Assembly: GCF_964213995.1 (NCBI RefSeq)
Contig: NC_135802.1
Coordinates: 59,458,001-59,522,000 of the forward strand
Origin: Mustelus asterias
Taxonomy: Eukaryota
Direction: 5' to 3'
Length of the DNA stretch: 64,000 nucleotides
Shown: in pieces, positions 37,279 to 49,750 of the stretch
Position numbering within the stretch: position 1 is the first letter of the stretch
How the letters are laid out: every line of letters starts with the position of its first letter
Program-made: the position numbers and the translations under genes
The notes under the pieces: generated by a model
The model's input: only the letters and a program-made list of their open reading frames with translations
The model's database searches: none
What the model was told of the DNA's origin: nothing

Positions 37279-40200
37279 TTATAGTGTGATGACTGGTATA
37301 ATAGTGGGTGAAAAGAGTGGTACCTTATTTATACATGACGAGCACTGAGCAAAGGAGTTACACCACCATGTATGACAACTATTGCAGTGTTCAGGAAAAT
37401 GCATAGTGGGTGGCGTAGCTGAGTGAACACTTGTATGTCCTACTACTACAGACTTTGCACACGGCTCTCCCAGCTTTGTATAATGGAAACGGTCTGCTGG
37501 CTTTCTCTCTCTCTGTGATCTCCTTATCTCTGGTTCTGGATTGGCTATGTTAGATGTGTCTGTAGTGTAAGTGCCCTCAACAGAACGGTCTGATTCTACT
37601 TCCCTTTGCTCAGTTACTACCTCTTCTATCACAACAGGTAGCCCTTCTGAAGATTCTGAGCTCGCTGCGACTTCTGTCACTTCTGTAGCATTTGTGGGGG
37701 GAATTGGACTCTGTAGGCATGACATCCTGTTCCGGTTATTCACAGATTCCCTCCGGATTGTCAATGATCAAGTCCTCTGGGTAATGTCCATACTCTGACT
37801 CTGAGTCTGAAGAGTTTTGATCTCCCAGGGGCACATCAGCTGCGGAGTCATCTTTGTGAACCTCAGGAGTTTGATTCCTTTCTTTTGCTTTTCTGCGCCT
37901 GAGGGCTCTTGGAGAGGGAGTAGGCTTTGAGTCAACCTCAGTGCTCAATTGGACCTCTTGTCCCAGGGGCAAAATATGATTTTGGTGCATGACCTTAATG
38001 GGTCCCGAACCATCTGCAGGCTTTAGACGATAAACAGGAAGATCAGACATTTGACTCTCAACCACATAAGGATTTGCACTCCACCGATCAGCAAGCTTCT
38101 GTTTCCCTTTCAGGCCAAGGTTTCGAATGAGGACTCTATCCCCAGGCTTCAAGCAATGGTAGCGCACTCTCTGGTCATACCTCTCCTTGTTACTTTGGTT
38201 CATTTTAGCGGAAGTGGCTTGGGCCAACTGATAGGCTGCTTGCAGCTCTTTCTTCATCTTAGACACATACTGCAAGTGGGAAGTTGTTGAGGTCCCATCC
38301 GCTGACACGCCAAAGCAAACGTCCACAGGAAGTCTGGCTTCCCTCCCGAACATTAAAAAGTAGGGTGAATACCCGGTAGCTTCATTTGGGGTACAGTTGT
38401 ACGCGTGGACCAGATGTGCAATGTGCTGACTCCATTTGGACTTTTGACTGGGCTCAAGAGTTCCTAGCATGTTCAACAGGGTTCTATTGAACCTCTCTGG
38501 TTGAGGGTCACCTTGTGGGTGGTATGGTGAAGTTCTTGATTTCCTCACACCCAACATGGTCAACATCTCTCTCACCAACTGGCTTTCAAAATCCCGACCT
38601 TGGTCTGAATGTATGCGAGTTGGTAGGCCGTAGTGAATGAAGTATTTCTCCCATAGAGTTCTGGCAACCGTTATGGCTCTCTGATCCTTGGTTGGGAATG
38701 CTTGTGCTTACCGAGTGAAGTGGTCAGTGACTACCAACACATTGCACACATTGCGGGAATCAGGTTCTATGGAGAGAAAGTCAATGCATACAAGATCCAT
38801 AGGGCCTGAACTTTGGATGTGGGAAAGTGGTGCTGCTCTCCGTGGCAGAGTCTTTCTCTTAATGCAGCGTTCACATGTCTTGCAGTATGTCTCTACGTCT
38901 AGCTTCATGCGGGGCCAGAAGAATCTGTCACAGACGAGTGCATAGGTCTTGTCAAATCCCAGATGTCCATTGTTGTCATGCAGTGACTTCAGAATCATAC
39001 GGTGGAACTGCTTGGGGAGCACAAGCTGTCGCCGTAAGCGTAGGTCAGACTGTTTGACTGTCGTGTAAAGCAGACCCTGCTCGATTGACCAATTCCCCCA
39101 CTCTCGTTTCAGAAGTGTAAGATCAGGATGGTTTGTCTGTATTTGACTTGCCGGTGCCTTCTGATTGACAGCTAGCCATATTTCTCCTATACACGGGTCG
39201 CTTTTCTGAGCAGCTTGAAGCTCTGCTGGACTGAAAGTGGGCAGCTGATCAGCTACTACTGCAACAGTATGACAGAAAGCCTTGGGAACTGCAGACACAT
39301 GAGCCCCTATTTGTTCGATCACACATGGATAGGAGTGTCCTGCTCGTGTGCAACTCGACACAGTCTGACAGAGAGCCCGCACTCCTGGAACTGGGATTTC
39401 TTGCCATTCATCATCTGGTGTCATGCTGTCATGTGGACGTCGAGACAACGAGTCTGCATCAAGGTTATGCCGGCCTGGTCTATACTTAAGGCTAAAGTTG
39501 TAGGTGGACAGTGCTGAGAGCCAGCGATGACCAGTGGCATCCAGTTTAGCTGATGTTGTGACATATGTCAGGGGATTGTTGTCCGCTCTGACTTGTACAG
39601 TAGCTCCGTAAAGATAGTCATGTAGCTTATCCACAATAGCCCACTTGAGAGCTAAAAACTCCAGTTTGTGTGCTGGATAGTTTTTCTCAGATGGCGAGAG
39701 ACTTCTGCTGATGAATGCAACTGGGCATAGACCATCATCATGCTCTTGGTATAAGACACCACCTAGTCCGTCCAGGCTAGCATCCACGTGCAGAATGTAA
39801 GGCTTCTGTGGATCTGCGAACGCCAATACAGGGGCTTCCAAGGTCTTGAGTCCTTGGAAAGCATGTTCGCATTGCTCACTCCACCGAGAGCCAAAGGGTT
39901 CAGAAGGCTTGAAGTAAGTCTTGTCAGGTGAGTTTGCAGTCTGACTCCCCTTGGAGCGGGGACGGGGAGGATATCCTTGAAGGAGTCCGTTGAGGGGACG
40001 GCAGAGTTTGGAGAAGTCCTTGACAAAGCGGCGATAGTAGCCACAAAATCCAAGGAAGGACCTGAGCTCTGTCACCGTTTGGGGTCTTGGCCAGGAGACA
40101 ACAGCCTCTGCCTTGGATGGGTCCGTCGCTATTCCGTCCTGCGACACTACATGTCCAACGTAGGTGACAGAAGTCCTGCCAAACTGGCACTTGTCAAGCA

Positions 40201-41825
40201 ACAGCTTCAGACCACCTTCTTGGAGCCGGTCAAGCACTTTGAGCAATCGTTCCTCGTGTTCTTCGAGGGTTCGTCCAAACACAATGAGATGATCCAGGTA
40301 CACCAACACCTCCAGAAAGTTCATGTCGCCAACAGTATGTTCCATGACTCTCTGAAAAGTGGCCGGTGCTCCTGAAATTCCCTGAGGCATGCGTTCGAAC
40401 TGATAAAAACCCAACGGGCAGATAAAAGCGGTCTTCTCCTTGTCAGCCTCACTCATGGGTATTTGATAGTACCCGCTCCTCAGGTCGAGGACTGTGAACC
40501 ATTTACTCCCAGACAAGCAGTGAAGAGCGTCTTCAGTCCTTGGGACAGTGTACTGGTCCGGTATTGTTCGAAGGTTAAGGGTTCGGTAGTCCACGCACAT
40601 TCGTACCTTCCCTGACTTCTTGCGTACGACTACTATTGGCGATGCGTAGGGACTACGCGATTCAGAGATGATGCCATGGCTTTGGTAGTTCCTGTAGGTG
40701 CTGGCGCACATTCTCAAAGTCAGCAGGCGACAAGCGACGTGACCTCTCTCGGAAGGGCCTTGCATCCTTCAGTCTTATTTCATGTCTGGTGCTTTTAGAA
40801 CAACCTACATCCCACTCGTGCTGAGAGAAAACCTCTTTCCTCTCCATCATTCTCTCTCAGAGACACCTCCTTGCCTCCTCTGGCATAGGAGAGGCTCCAA
40901 AATCAAAAGAGGAAGGGGTCAGTTCGATTGCAGCTTTATCCGCACACTGTGTCCTTGGCAGAGGAACAGGGGCTACTGGAAAAATATGGGCTACTGGAGT
41001 CCCACGTTTCAAGGAGATTTCTCTGGATGACAGGTTTTTCACAGTCACAGTAATGCGTCTGCTGGAAACAACTGATGCAAGATGAACCTCAGGCCTCACC
41101 CACAACTCTTCAGGGGAAAAAATGTCAATAGGCTGACCTATCAGTGCTAGCTGGTCTGTGAAATCACCAGGAAACTTTGGGAGGCCAGTGACTTTAAACA
41201 CTTGTCCTGGTTGCAAGGTGATTGGCTTGTGCTGGGTAAACCACACAGTACCATGCTTGTCTACCCCTTCTGTTGTTTCAGACTGGGTGAGTGTCTCATA
41301 AGCTTCTCGGAGGACGGGGTGTATGGTCAAAGTACCCAAGAAGCGTTCTCCCACCTGTTCTTTACAGGACTCAACCAACTCTCTCACCAGCCGGGTACTT
41401 GTCCCCACTAGCACGGCAATGTTGTCATCTTTCACAGGGTCAGGACATACTAAGGCCAAAGTGTCAACTGTCTGCGGCACTCCGGTTACAGCGGCAGTGA
41501 ACTCGAGTTGTATGGACAGGTAGCCATCATATGGGTATTGGTGAGAGCTTAAACCCCATATTTCCAGGTCTTCAAGTGGCTGGAGAGGTAAGTGTTTCAG
41601 GTAGGTGTCGTAGAAGTTGCGATACAAAATGGTTACTTGGGAGCCACTGTCAAGCAAAGCTCTTGCATAAACTCCTTCTATTTGCACAGGTACACCAGAG
41701 ATGGGCCCCACTAATCCTGCAGGTAACTGTTTTGAGCCTTGCTTCGCTGGGGGTGGACAGTGGGTGGAACGTATTTCACACGGAACCAAGCACCGTTCCT
41801 TCACATGGCTCCTGAGAAGTTTCCC
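37279..41825 (-). pseudogene. Gypsy pol (protease, RT, RNase H, integrase), disrupted
   Basis: ALLDSGS protease; RT SPYASP..VDYR..LDLRSGYYQI..YLDH (YLDD mutated); RNase H VDAS; IN HHCC, TSPYHPQGD, ERFNRTL. Frameshifts near 40850, 40700 and 37750; in-frame stop at 38708. Confidence 0.93.
41766..41825 (-). promoter_or_regulatory. Predicted -1 programmed ribosomal frameshift signal (gag-pol)
   Basis: G GGA AAC slippery heptamer in the gag frame, 6-nt spacer, stems GGAGCCA/TGGTTCC and GGAACG/CGTTCC; pol lies in the -1 frame. Confidence 0.8.
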
Positions 41826-43219
41826 TGCTGTCTGCTTGCTTTGATCAGCTTCTGATTCACTTTCCTCAGATCCTCGAGTTCTTTGCACTCTCTCCTTGTA
41901 TGCCCATCTTGCCCACACCTGTAGCAAAAGATTCCTGCTGGCAGTGGTTTGGACATTTTCACTCGGGGCGACGCGTCCCGAACAGCAGCTTCTGGCGCTT
42001 GCTGTACGGACCCAGTCCTTGCTGTCGTACTTTCAGATGTAGGGGTAACTGGAACGGCGCTCAACAGTCTGGCCACCTGAGAAGTCAGTTCCCTTACCTC
42101 ATTTCGTAGGCTGTTCAACTCAGACGTAACTGAGGACTGCGGTACACTGGCGGTGGCTGCGGTACAGTGGCTTTCACCCCTTCTCTGGCGCTAATCCAAT
42201 TTTCTTCCTCTCTTACCTCCCGCATCGGCTGGAAGAAGGAAGGGGGTTTGTCCAGGGTGTGGCTCATCCTTACACGCAGAGCAACCATGTCTCGAGTGAG
42301 TGCACCCTTGACTTGCTGTTCCATCCGAGCTCGATTCATGTCTGCAGCCGTAATTCCTCCCTTAAGAAGTGCACGATGGAGAAGTTTGTCAAGGCGATAT
42401 AGAAAAGCAGAGAGTTTTCTCCTTTATCCTGGTATGGTGTCTGAACTTAGCCAAGATGTCGGCTCCACTCTCTGTGGTGCCATAACCTGTGTCCAGAGCA
42501 GATAAATAATCGGTGCCCGTAGCAGTGGGAATGCTAACTTTCAAAAATCGAACGATGTCAGCAGCAGGCCCGTTTAAACTCTCCACTATACACTGTCTTT
42601 TGGCGGCGTCAGTGCATTGCCACTCATTGATCATCTGTGTAGCCTGCTCCATCCAGGCATCGTATTCTTCCTCACCTGGGGGTACAGGTTTCAGTCCTGA
42701 AAACAGTCTTAGCTTTCTGTAGCTAGGCCCATCGGTAGACACTTGGTTGCACTTGTCCACCAGTTTGCCAATAGCAGTCACTAAATCCATGTTCACATCC
42801 ACTTTGGGAGCTTGATTTTCTGATACTATGGCCTGAAAATCCTCCATTGACTTGCCTTCCTGTTGTAGTAGTAACAACAGCTTTGGATGGAAAGCATCCT
42901 CTTCAGGAACAGCATCCTGTGTGTCCAAGCTTTCTAGCGTATGCACAGCCCATGGCCCAGCTTCTCCTTCAATACCTACATCTGGAGGTACAGTGTCAGG
43001 GGTTAAATCAATGCTAGTCTCCACTAGTATGAACAACTGTGTGCCAGTAGAATCCCCACGGCGACCACAAATCTTGGTGCGACCAAAGACTTCCACTGTG
43101 TTTAAGACCCTAGCAATGGTCTCCTCACTAGTATCTATTGGCACATTGCTCAGTAATATGCCACGAGAAAGACTGATATTCTTTTGGCGGCTCCAGTCAG
43201 CAGCCTGAGAAAAATCCAT
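41801..43219 (-). pseudogene. Gypsy gag, PNMA/Ma-like capsid + CCHC zinc knuckle, frameshifted into three pieces
   Basis: YRKLRLFSG..PPGEEEYDAW..KRQCIVESLNGPAADIV (PNMA-like); CYRCGQDGHTRREC. Confidence 0.9.
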
Positions 43220-43334
43220 TGTCTTAAGTGAGCTACTAGCACTGTAAAACTTTTCCTGTTGTAATTACTGGGTTAACTGTTACTGACTGACGGGGGGAAA
43301 AAATTTTATTTGACGTGTCTGGTAAACAGGAATG

Positions 43335-43352
43335 ATCCCAGCGGTGCCTCCA
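43335..43352 (-). other. Primer-binding site for tRNA-Thr(AGT/IGU)
   Basis: Plus-strand ATCCCAGCGGTGCCTCCA equals the recalled 3'-terminal 18 nt of vertebrate tRNA-Thr(AGT)+CCA; it lies 4 nt from the 5' LTR. Confidence 0.88.
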
Positions 43353-43356
43353 AAAA

Positions 43357-44045
43357 TGTAACCCCCTGCTGACCACTATATGGGGCTACTATTTAAATAT
43401 TCAATCAACAGGATCCCGAATTCCTAGCGGTTGATGTTGATTTGGCTAATTCCCTGTTTACACATAAATGTCAGTACTATAATCAGAATATCAAAAATAA
43501 ATTTAATAACAAATGTAATTAACAGACATAAAACAGTGAGCTCTGATCTATAACCGTTGGGGCCCATCCGTTGGTGCACACATGGGGAAACTCATCCTCA
43601 GTAACACATTTGTAGATACTGTTCCAGTTGGATTGTATAGTCCCCACCAGTTACTCACGACACACACACACAGTCCAGAAGAGAGACACGTGTGGAAGAT
43701 GATGCCGCAGGAGGCAGAGGTGCCGTCCGTGCAGCAACGTATGTCGAGTGCGCTGAAGGCTGTCCTCCTCGGCAGTAATGAAAAGAACAGGCAGGGGAAC
43801 GCCTGGCTGCCTCTCACTCCAAACCGAATTCTCACTGCCTGGGAAAAAGCTCTCTCTCTGCACACACCCTCTTCAGCTCTGCCGCTGCTTCACTTCCTGG
43901 CGCGTTTTTTTCCTCCCGCCCCCAGAGCAATCCCATTGGCCCAGCCCACATCACTCAACCAACAGCATCCTGTTCACAGGAAACCCACAAGGGACAAAGA
44001 ACATTGGTAAATGTCTTCCCCACAAATTTTCCTCAGTCCCTTACA
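43357..44045 (-). repeat. Gypsy 5' LTR
   Basis: Direct repeat of 36486-37195, adjacent to the PBS. Confidence 0.95.
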
Positions 44046-44049
44046 TTAG

Positions 44050-46130
44050 GAACACCAAAGGCAAGTCTGTTCAGAAAGTCAGTCTGTCTGGAGACTTTCA
44101 GACTCTTGCGGAACAATGTAGCTCTATACAGGGACCTTCAGCAACCATTGAATCCGGTCTGATGGAAGCCTAAGGCAAACTCATCAGCTCTGAGTCGATG
44201 TCTTCCCCAGTGGCTTCTTCCTCCTTGGCTACAGAAGCTAGAGGCTATCTTGGCTCCACAAAGGCTGCAAGTATTCTTGGTTTCGTTGCTGATACACATG
44301 AGTCTGCAGCAGGACACACATGTTGGTCCCCTGGATCAGATCCAGCTGTCTTCCTCAAATGATCCACATGTCTTTTCACATGACGACCTTGTGCTTCCAA
44401 CACATATGAAACTGGTCCCGTTCTCTCTACAATTCTTCCTGGCATTCAGCTAAGTCCACTGCCAAAGTTCCTCGCCATGACTAGGTCATCAACCTCGAAT
44501 GCTCTGACTCCTTTTATCAAGTCACGGTGTACTTTCTGGGAGACTTGCCTAGCTTGCACCCTCCCAAACAAATCTGGAAACAACAAATCCAAGTGGGTCC
44601 ATAAGCACTGTTCCATTAAAGATTCAGCTGGCGTAACCCCAGTGGTAGTGCTCGGCCTAATATTATTTAATAACAAGAAACTTGCCAAGTGTAAGGTCAG
44701 TGACCTCTGAACTTGCTTCTTCATAGAGGTTTTAAATGTTTGTACGGCTTGCTCTACCAAGACATTTGAGGCTGGATGGTAAGGAACTGACCAAACATGG
44801 CATATGTCATTTGACCTGACAACCTGGGAGAACAGTTGTAAATGCTATGTTATTGTCGGACACTATGACCTCAGGGATGCCATGGATGGCAAAGACCTAC
44901 CGCAACCTGTCAGCTGTGGCTGTGGTAGACTTCATTAGTTGAACATCTAGCCATTTTGAATATGCATCAATCCGGATGAGAAACATATGTCCCATGTCCA
45001 GCTAAATCTATGTGAAAACACGACCATGGCTGGCCCAGCCACTCCCACGGGTGCATATTTGTTGGTGGCGGCAATGACTGCTGGGTCTGACAACTCAACA
45101 CTGGTTGACTGTTCTTTCAATATCTTTGTCAATGCCAGGCAATCAGATGTAGCTTCGGGCCAGTACATTCATCCTGTTCTGCCCAGGATGTGTATCATGC
45201 AGCTCCTGTAGTAAAAACCAACAGCTCTGGGTGACACTATAACACGAACTGCCACAATAACACGCCATCCTCACGTTAACTCTGTCCTATGCTGTGGGTA
45301 AGGTTTAATCTGCTCCAACTTGTCAAAGTGCTAACCTTGTAGCACCATCTTCTTAACTTTGGAGAGCAATGGATCCCTCTCAGTCCAGGACTTTATATGA
45401 GCAGCTGAGACCAGCAATGTCTCTCGAAGATGAAATGGCAACACTATTTCTTATGATGCAGGTGGTGATAGGATAATCTGCGGCAGAGGGAGGAGCTGAG
45501 TGCAGCCGTGTTCGAAATTTGCATCCCTGGTCTATGCTGGAAGCAGTAGCTGTACATAGCCAACAGCAAGGCCTGTCTATGTACCCTCGCGAAGGAAATT
45601 GGCGAGTGGCACAGGCTTATCCTCTTGGAATAAACCTAAAATGGATTGTGATTCAATATAAAGGTGGAGTGCCTTCCATTGGTGAAACTTTTTCACCACA
45701 TAGATTAACTCAAAACTCACTTTGTCAATTTGAGAATATTTCTTCTTAGTATCAGATAAGATTCTTGATGTGAATGCAGTTGGCCTCTCTACTCTGTCTG
45801 ACATTTTGTGGGATAGGACAGCTCCCACTCCATATGGCAATGCATCACAGGTAACCACCAACAGTTTGGTTGGATCAAAATGTACCAGTAGTGTTTATGA
45901 CTGTAAGGCTTGCTTTACTTTAGCAAACTCCTCTTTCTGTGCCTTTCCCCATTTCCATCATTGATGCTTCTTCAGTAGTTGGTGTAATGGAGCCAGAGTT
46001 GTGGACACGTTCTGCAGGAATATCTCATAATAATTTACCATCCCTGGGAAGGATTTTTACTCTGTCAAATTCCAAGGCTGTGGTACTTATTTGATAGCTT
46101 TCACCTTGTCCTCGAGGGATATCTGAGCAT
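44050..46130 (-). mobile_element. Older degraded Gypsy pol (RNase H, integrase), host of the young provirus
   Basis: VVTCDALPYGVGAVLSH..ERPTAFTSRIL; VEQAVQTFKTSMKK..TTGVTPAESL; GRIVERTGPVSYV. Confidence 0.85.
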
Positions 46131-46449
46131 CTTCTGTCCCTCCTAAAATCTTCACCTTGCACTCTTACAATACCCTGTAATTCCTTCCTACTGATTCCAA
46201 ATGCCAGGAGTCCACTGGTTGTTCTAGTCTCCTTTCCACTTCCCTAATTTCCTATCTGCTCCTCGCTAACAGACCCTGTGACCACTAAAGCCTACAAGGT
46301 TTTGTTCAGTATTCTGTATTGCAAACTACCTCCACTACTTTTGAATTTCACAACCCAACTATTAGTTCTAAAAGATCCCGACAATCTTTTTACTGCCACA
46401 TGCTACATCCATCTTCCCATACAAATTACACACTTGCAAGCCATTTTAT

Positions 46450-48500
46450 ATTTGTTCATTTACAAGATGTGGCCACTACTAGGATGGCAAGCATTTATTG
46501 CTCATCTCTAATTGCCCATGAAAAGATGATGGGGAGCCACCATCTTGAATCGCTGCACTTTGTATGCCAAAGGTACTGCCACGGTGCCATTAGGTAGGGA
46601 CTAGCAGGATTTTGATGATGAGTGAATGGCCTTCTATTTCTAAGTAGGTGTGTGACTTCAGGGGGAACCTTGAGATGGTGGTTTTCCCATGCACCCACTG
46701 CTCTTGTCCTTCTAAGTGGTAAAGGTCATGGATTTTTGAGATGCTATCAAAAAAGCAGATCTTATAGATAGTACACACTGCAGCCTTGTTGTATTGGTAG
46801 TGGAGAGAATGAATGCTTACATTGATGGAATTGGTATCAATTAACTGGCTGCTTCATTCCTGGATGGTGTCGAGCTTATTCAGTATTGGAGCTGCATTCA
46901 GCCTGGCAAGTGAAAAATATTTAATCACACTCTGAGTTGTGTCTTGTAGATGGTAATAAAGCTTTGGTGGAGTCACGAGGTGAATTGATTGCTGCAAAAT
47001 ATCCAGGCTCTAACCTCCCCATCTAACCACATTACTTATGTGACTGATCCAGTTAAGCTTCTTGTTAAATGATAATGGGGGATTCAGCAGTGGTAATGCT
47101 GTTGAAATTCAAATGGATACGTTAGATTTCTCTTGTTGGAGGTGGTCATTACGTGGCACTTGTGCAGCACAAATATTACTTGCCACTTGTCAGCCATGAT
47201 TGAATGTTGTCCAGATCTTGCTGCTTTTGGGCACAGACTGCTTTAATATATGAGGAGTTGTGAATGGTACTAAACAATCATCAGCATATATCTTGCCCCT
47301 GACTTTTTAATGGAAGGAAAGATGCTTCATTGATGAAGCTGCTGAAAATTGTTAGGCTAAGGATTCTAACCAAAATAACTCCTGCAGTGATGTTCTGAGA
47401 CTGAGGTGATTAGCAAGCACAGCTATCTTCTTTAGTGTAAGGGATTTTCCCCGATTCCTACCTACTTCAATTTTGCTAGGACTGCTTGATGCCACATGTG
47501 GTCAAGTGCTACACTGATATCCCAAGCAGTCCTTCTCACCTCACCTTCGGAGTTCAATTCTTTTATCAATATTTGGACCAAGGTCGTAATGAGGTCCGGA
47601 GCCAAGTGTTCTAGCAAAACCCAAACTGAGCACTGGTGAGCAGGTTATTGTTCGGTAAATGCCACTTGATATCACTGTCATGAACATTTTCTATCACTAT
47701 GCTGATGATTGAGAGTAGGATAATTGTTAGTAATAGGCTGGATTTTCGTGGAGAAGGCCATAATTGGACACTTTTACACTTTATCAGATTGTGATGGATC
47801 TGTACTGGAACTGCTTGGCAGTGCCCTAGCTACATTTGGAGCACAGGTCTTCAGTTCTACACCCACAATATTTTTGTATTCAGTGCCTTCGATTGCTTCT
47901 TAATATAATGTGGACTGAATGGAATTACCTGGAATCTCGCATCTGTGATGCTGAGGACCTCAGGAGAGGGCTGAGATTGATCATTCACTCAGCACTTTTG
48001 AAAGTAGTTGAAAATGCTTCAATCTTGTATTTTGCATTGTGTTCTTGATTCTGCCATCATTGAGAGTGGGGTTGTTTGTGGAGCCTCCTCCTCCTCCAGT
48101 TAGTTGTTTACTTGTTCACCACCATTTAGAACTTAATGTGACAGGTGCTCAGTGTTTTGATCTGATTCATTGGTTGTGGTGATCTATCATTTGCTTCCTA
48201 CGCTGTTTAGCCTGCATGGAGTCCTGTGTTGTTGTTTCAGCATCTCATTCTTGGTATGCCTTGGCATGCTTTCCTGCACTCCTTGTTGAACCAGAGTTGG
48301 TCTCCTGCATTGATGGTAATGTCGAGTGAGGGATGAGCCTGTGCTCACTTTGCATTGGTCCTTCTACCAGTACTGTCCTGGACAGAAGCATCTGTGACAG
48401 GTAGATTGGTCAGGACAAGGTCAAGCAGGTATTTGCCTTTTATTGGTTGTTACACAGCTGCTGTCTTTCAGTGTTGGCCAACTTGATCAGTAGTAGTGCC
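46450..48500 (-). mobile_element. Degraded non-LTR LINE (same family as 7680-8650) with 3' tail
   Basis: Shared blocks (AVCTIYK-type motif; TACTTGCCACTT.TCAGCC); tail GCATTTATTGCTCATCTCTAATTGCCC. Confidence 0.7.
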
Positions 48501-49129
48501 ACTGGGCCAAACCTCATTATGCATTCTTGACTGAGAGTCCAATAATCCAGTAGTCTGTCGAAACACTTGATCCCCAGGGAAAACCTTACTTGATTGACAG
48601 TTCTGGCTATCTAATCTCTTTTGACAATTACACAATGTTTATTTACTCAAGATGGATGTTTCAAGTACATGCAGTTTCTGCTTTTGATACTTTAAAGGGC
48701 CTGGATGATTGACACTTAGTGCCCTGTCACAAAATGACTTTGTAACATAATGCCTTGTCACAATAGAGTTCACTGGTTCTTTATACAGTGTACAGTCAAT
48801 CATGGGGGCATGAGGTGCCATTGGAAGGGGGTAATGTGGAGGGACATAGCCGGGCATACGGAGCATAAGGGTTTCGTGGGTAGAGAGGGCCTTACCTTTT
48901 TTATTATAACTCGGACAAAGTCCGAAGGCACCATAGAGCATCTTTTAAACAGCCCGTCTCAACACCCGCTTCAAACCCTGTCCCAGATCGGCAGCCTGAC
49001 TGCAGCCGACACCCAGTCCCTGGCAATGAAGAATCCATCTTTGCGGAAGCTGGAAATTTTCTCAATTCCCATTATCCATCTCAAGATGAAAATCCAGAAC
49101 ATTATGTCAATTCAACACAGCAGATGACA

Positions 49130-49750
49130 AGATTATTTTTAGAAGCATTTATAGGAGCCTTGGCTTTATAAATAGAGGCACGCGTGCAAAATCAAAGCGG
49201 TTATGTTAAACCTTTATAATTTACTGGTTAGTTGAAGCATTGTGTCCAATGCTGGGCATCACACAATAGGAAGGGTGCCAAGGAGAGGTGTAGAGGAGAT
49301 TCACTTGAATGGTGCCAGAGTCTAGAGAATAGTGAAAGACTAGGCAAGATGGCGTTATTTATCTTAGAAAAGCAAGGATTAAAGAAAAATTTAATAGAGG
49401 TAATCAAAATCATTCTGAGTTTCAGCAGAGACTATAAAGAAAATAAACCGTTGCCAGTGGAGATAGGGGCAGAAACCAAAGGACACGTATGTAAATAATT
49501 GTCAAAGGGACCAGAGGTGAGATAAGGAAATTTTCTCATGCAGCAAGTTATGGTGATTTGGAATTCACTGGCTAAAAGGATGATAGAATCAGATTCATAC
49601 TAACTAGAAAAATGAATTGGACTTGATGGGGAGAAAATTATAGGACTATGGGGGGAAAAAGCAGCGGAGTAGGACTGTTTAGGGAAAGCTCTATCAAAGA
49701 GCTGAATGGGTGGGCTGAATGGCCACTTTCTGTGCTGTATGATTCTGTGA
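49130..49750 (+). mobile_element. Old CR1 3' fragment
   Basis: KHCVQCWASH..LKKNLIEVIKI; tail GGCTGAATGGCC..TGTGCTGTATGATTCT. Confidence 0.75.

Larger units (their letters stand above)
36486..44045 (-). mobile_element. Full-length Ty3/Gypsy LTR retrotransposon (PNMA-like Gag), inactivated
   Basis: Two ~700-bp TG..CA LTRs, TTAG TSD (36482-36485 and 44046-44049), PBS, PPT, and gag-PR-RT-RH-IN domain order. Confidence 0.97.

Noticed and set aside
37279-37764. Possible env-like ORF after integrase
   Set aside because: It is low-complexity with the RRSQRERKPADRF motif typical of Gypsy integrase C-terminal tails, and has no signal peptide or transmembrane segment. Most likely the frameshifted pol end.
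43316-43352. tRNA-Thr gene or pseudogene
   Set aside because: Only two tRNA segments are present, including the post-transcriptional CCA, at the PBS position. It is a primer-binding structure, not a gene.
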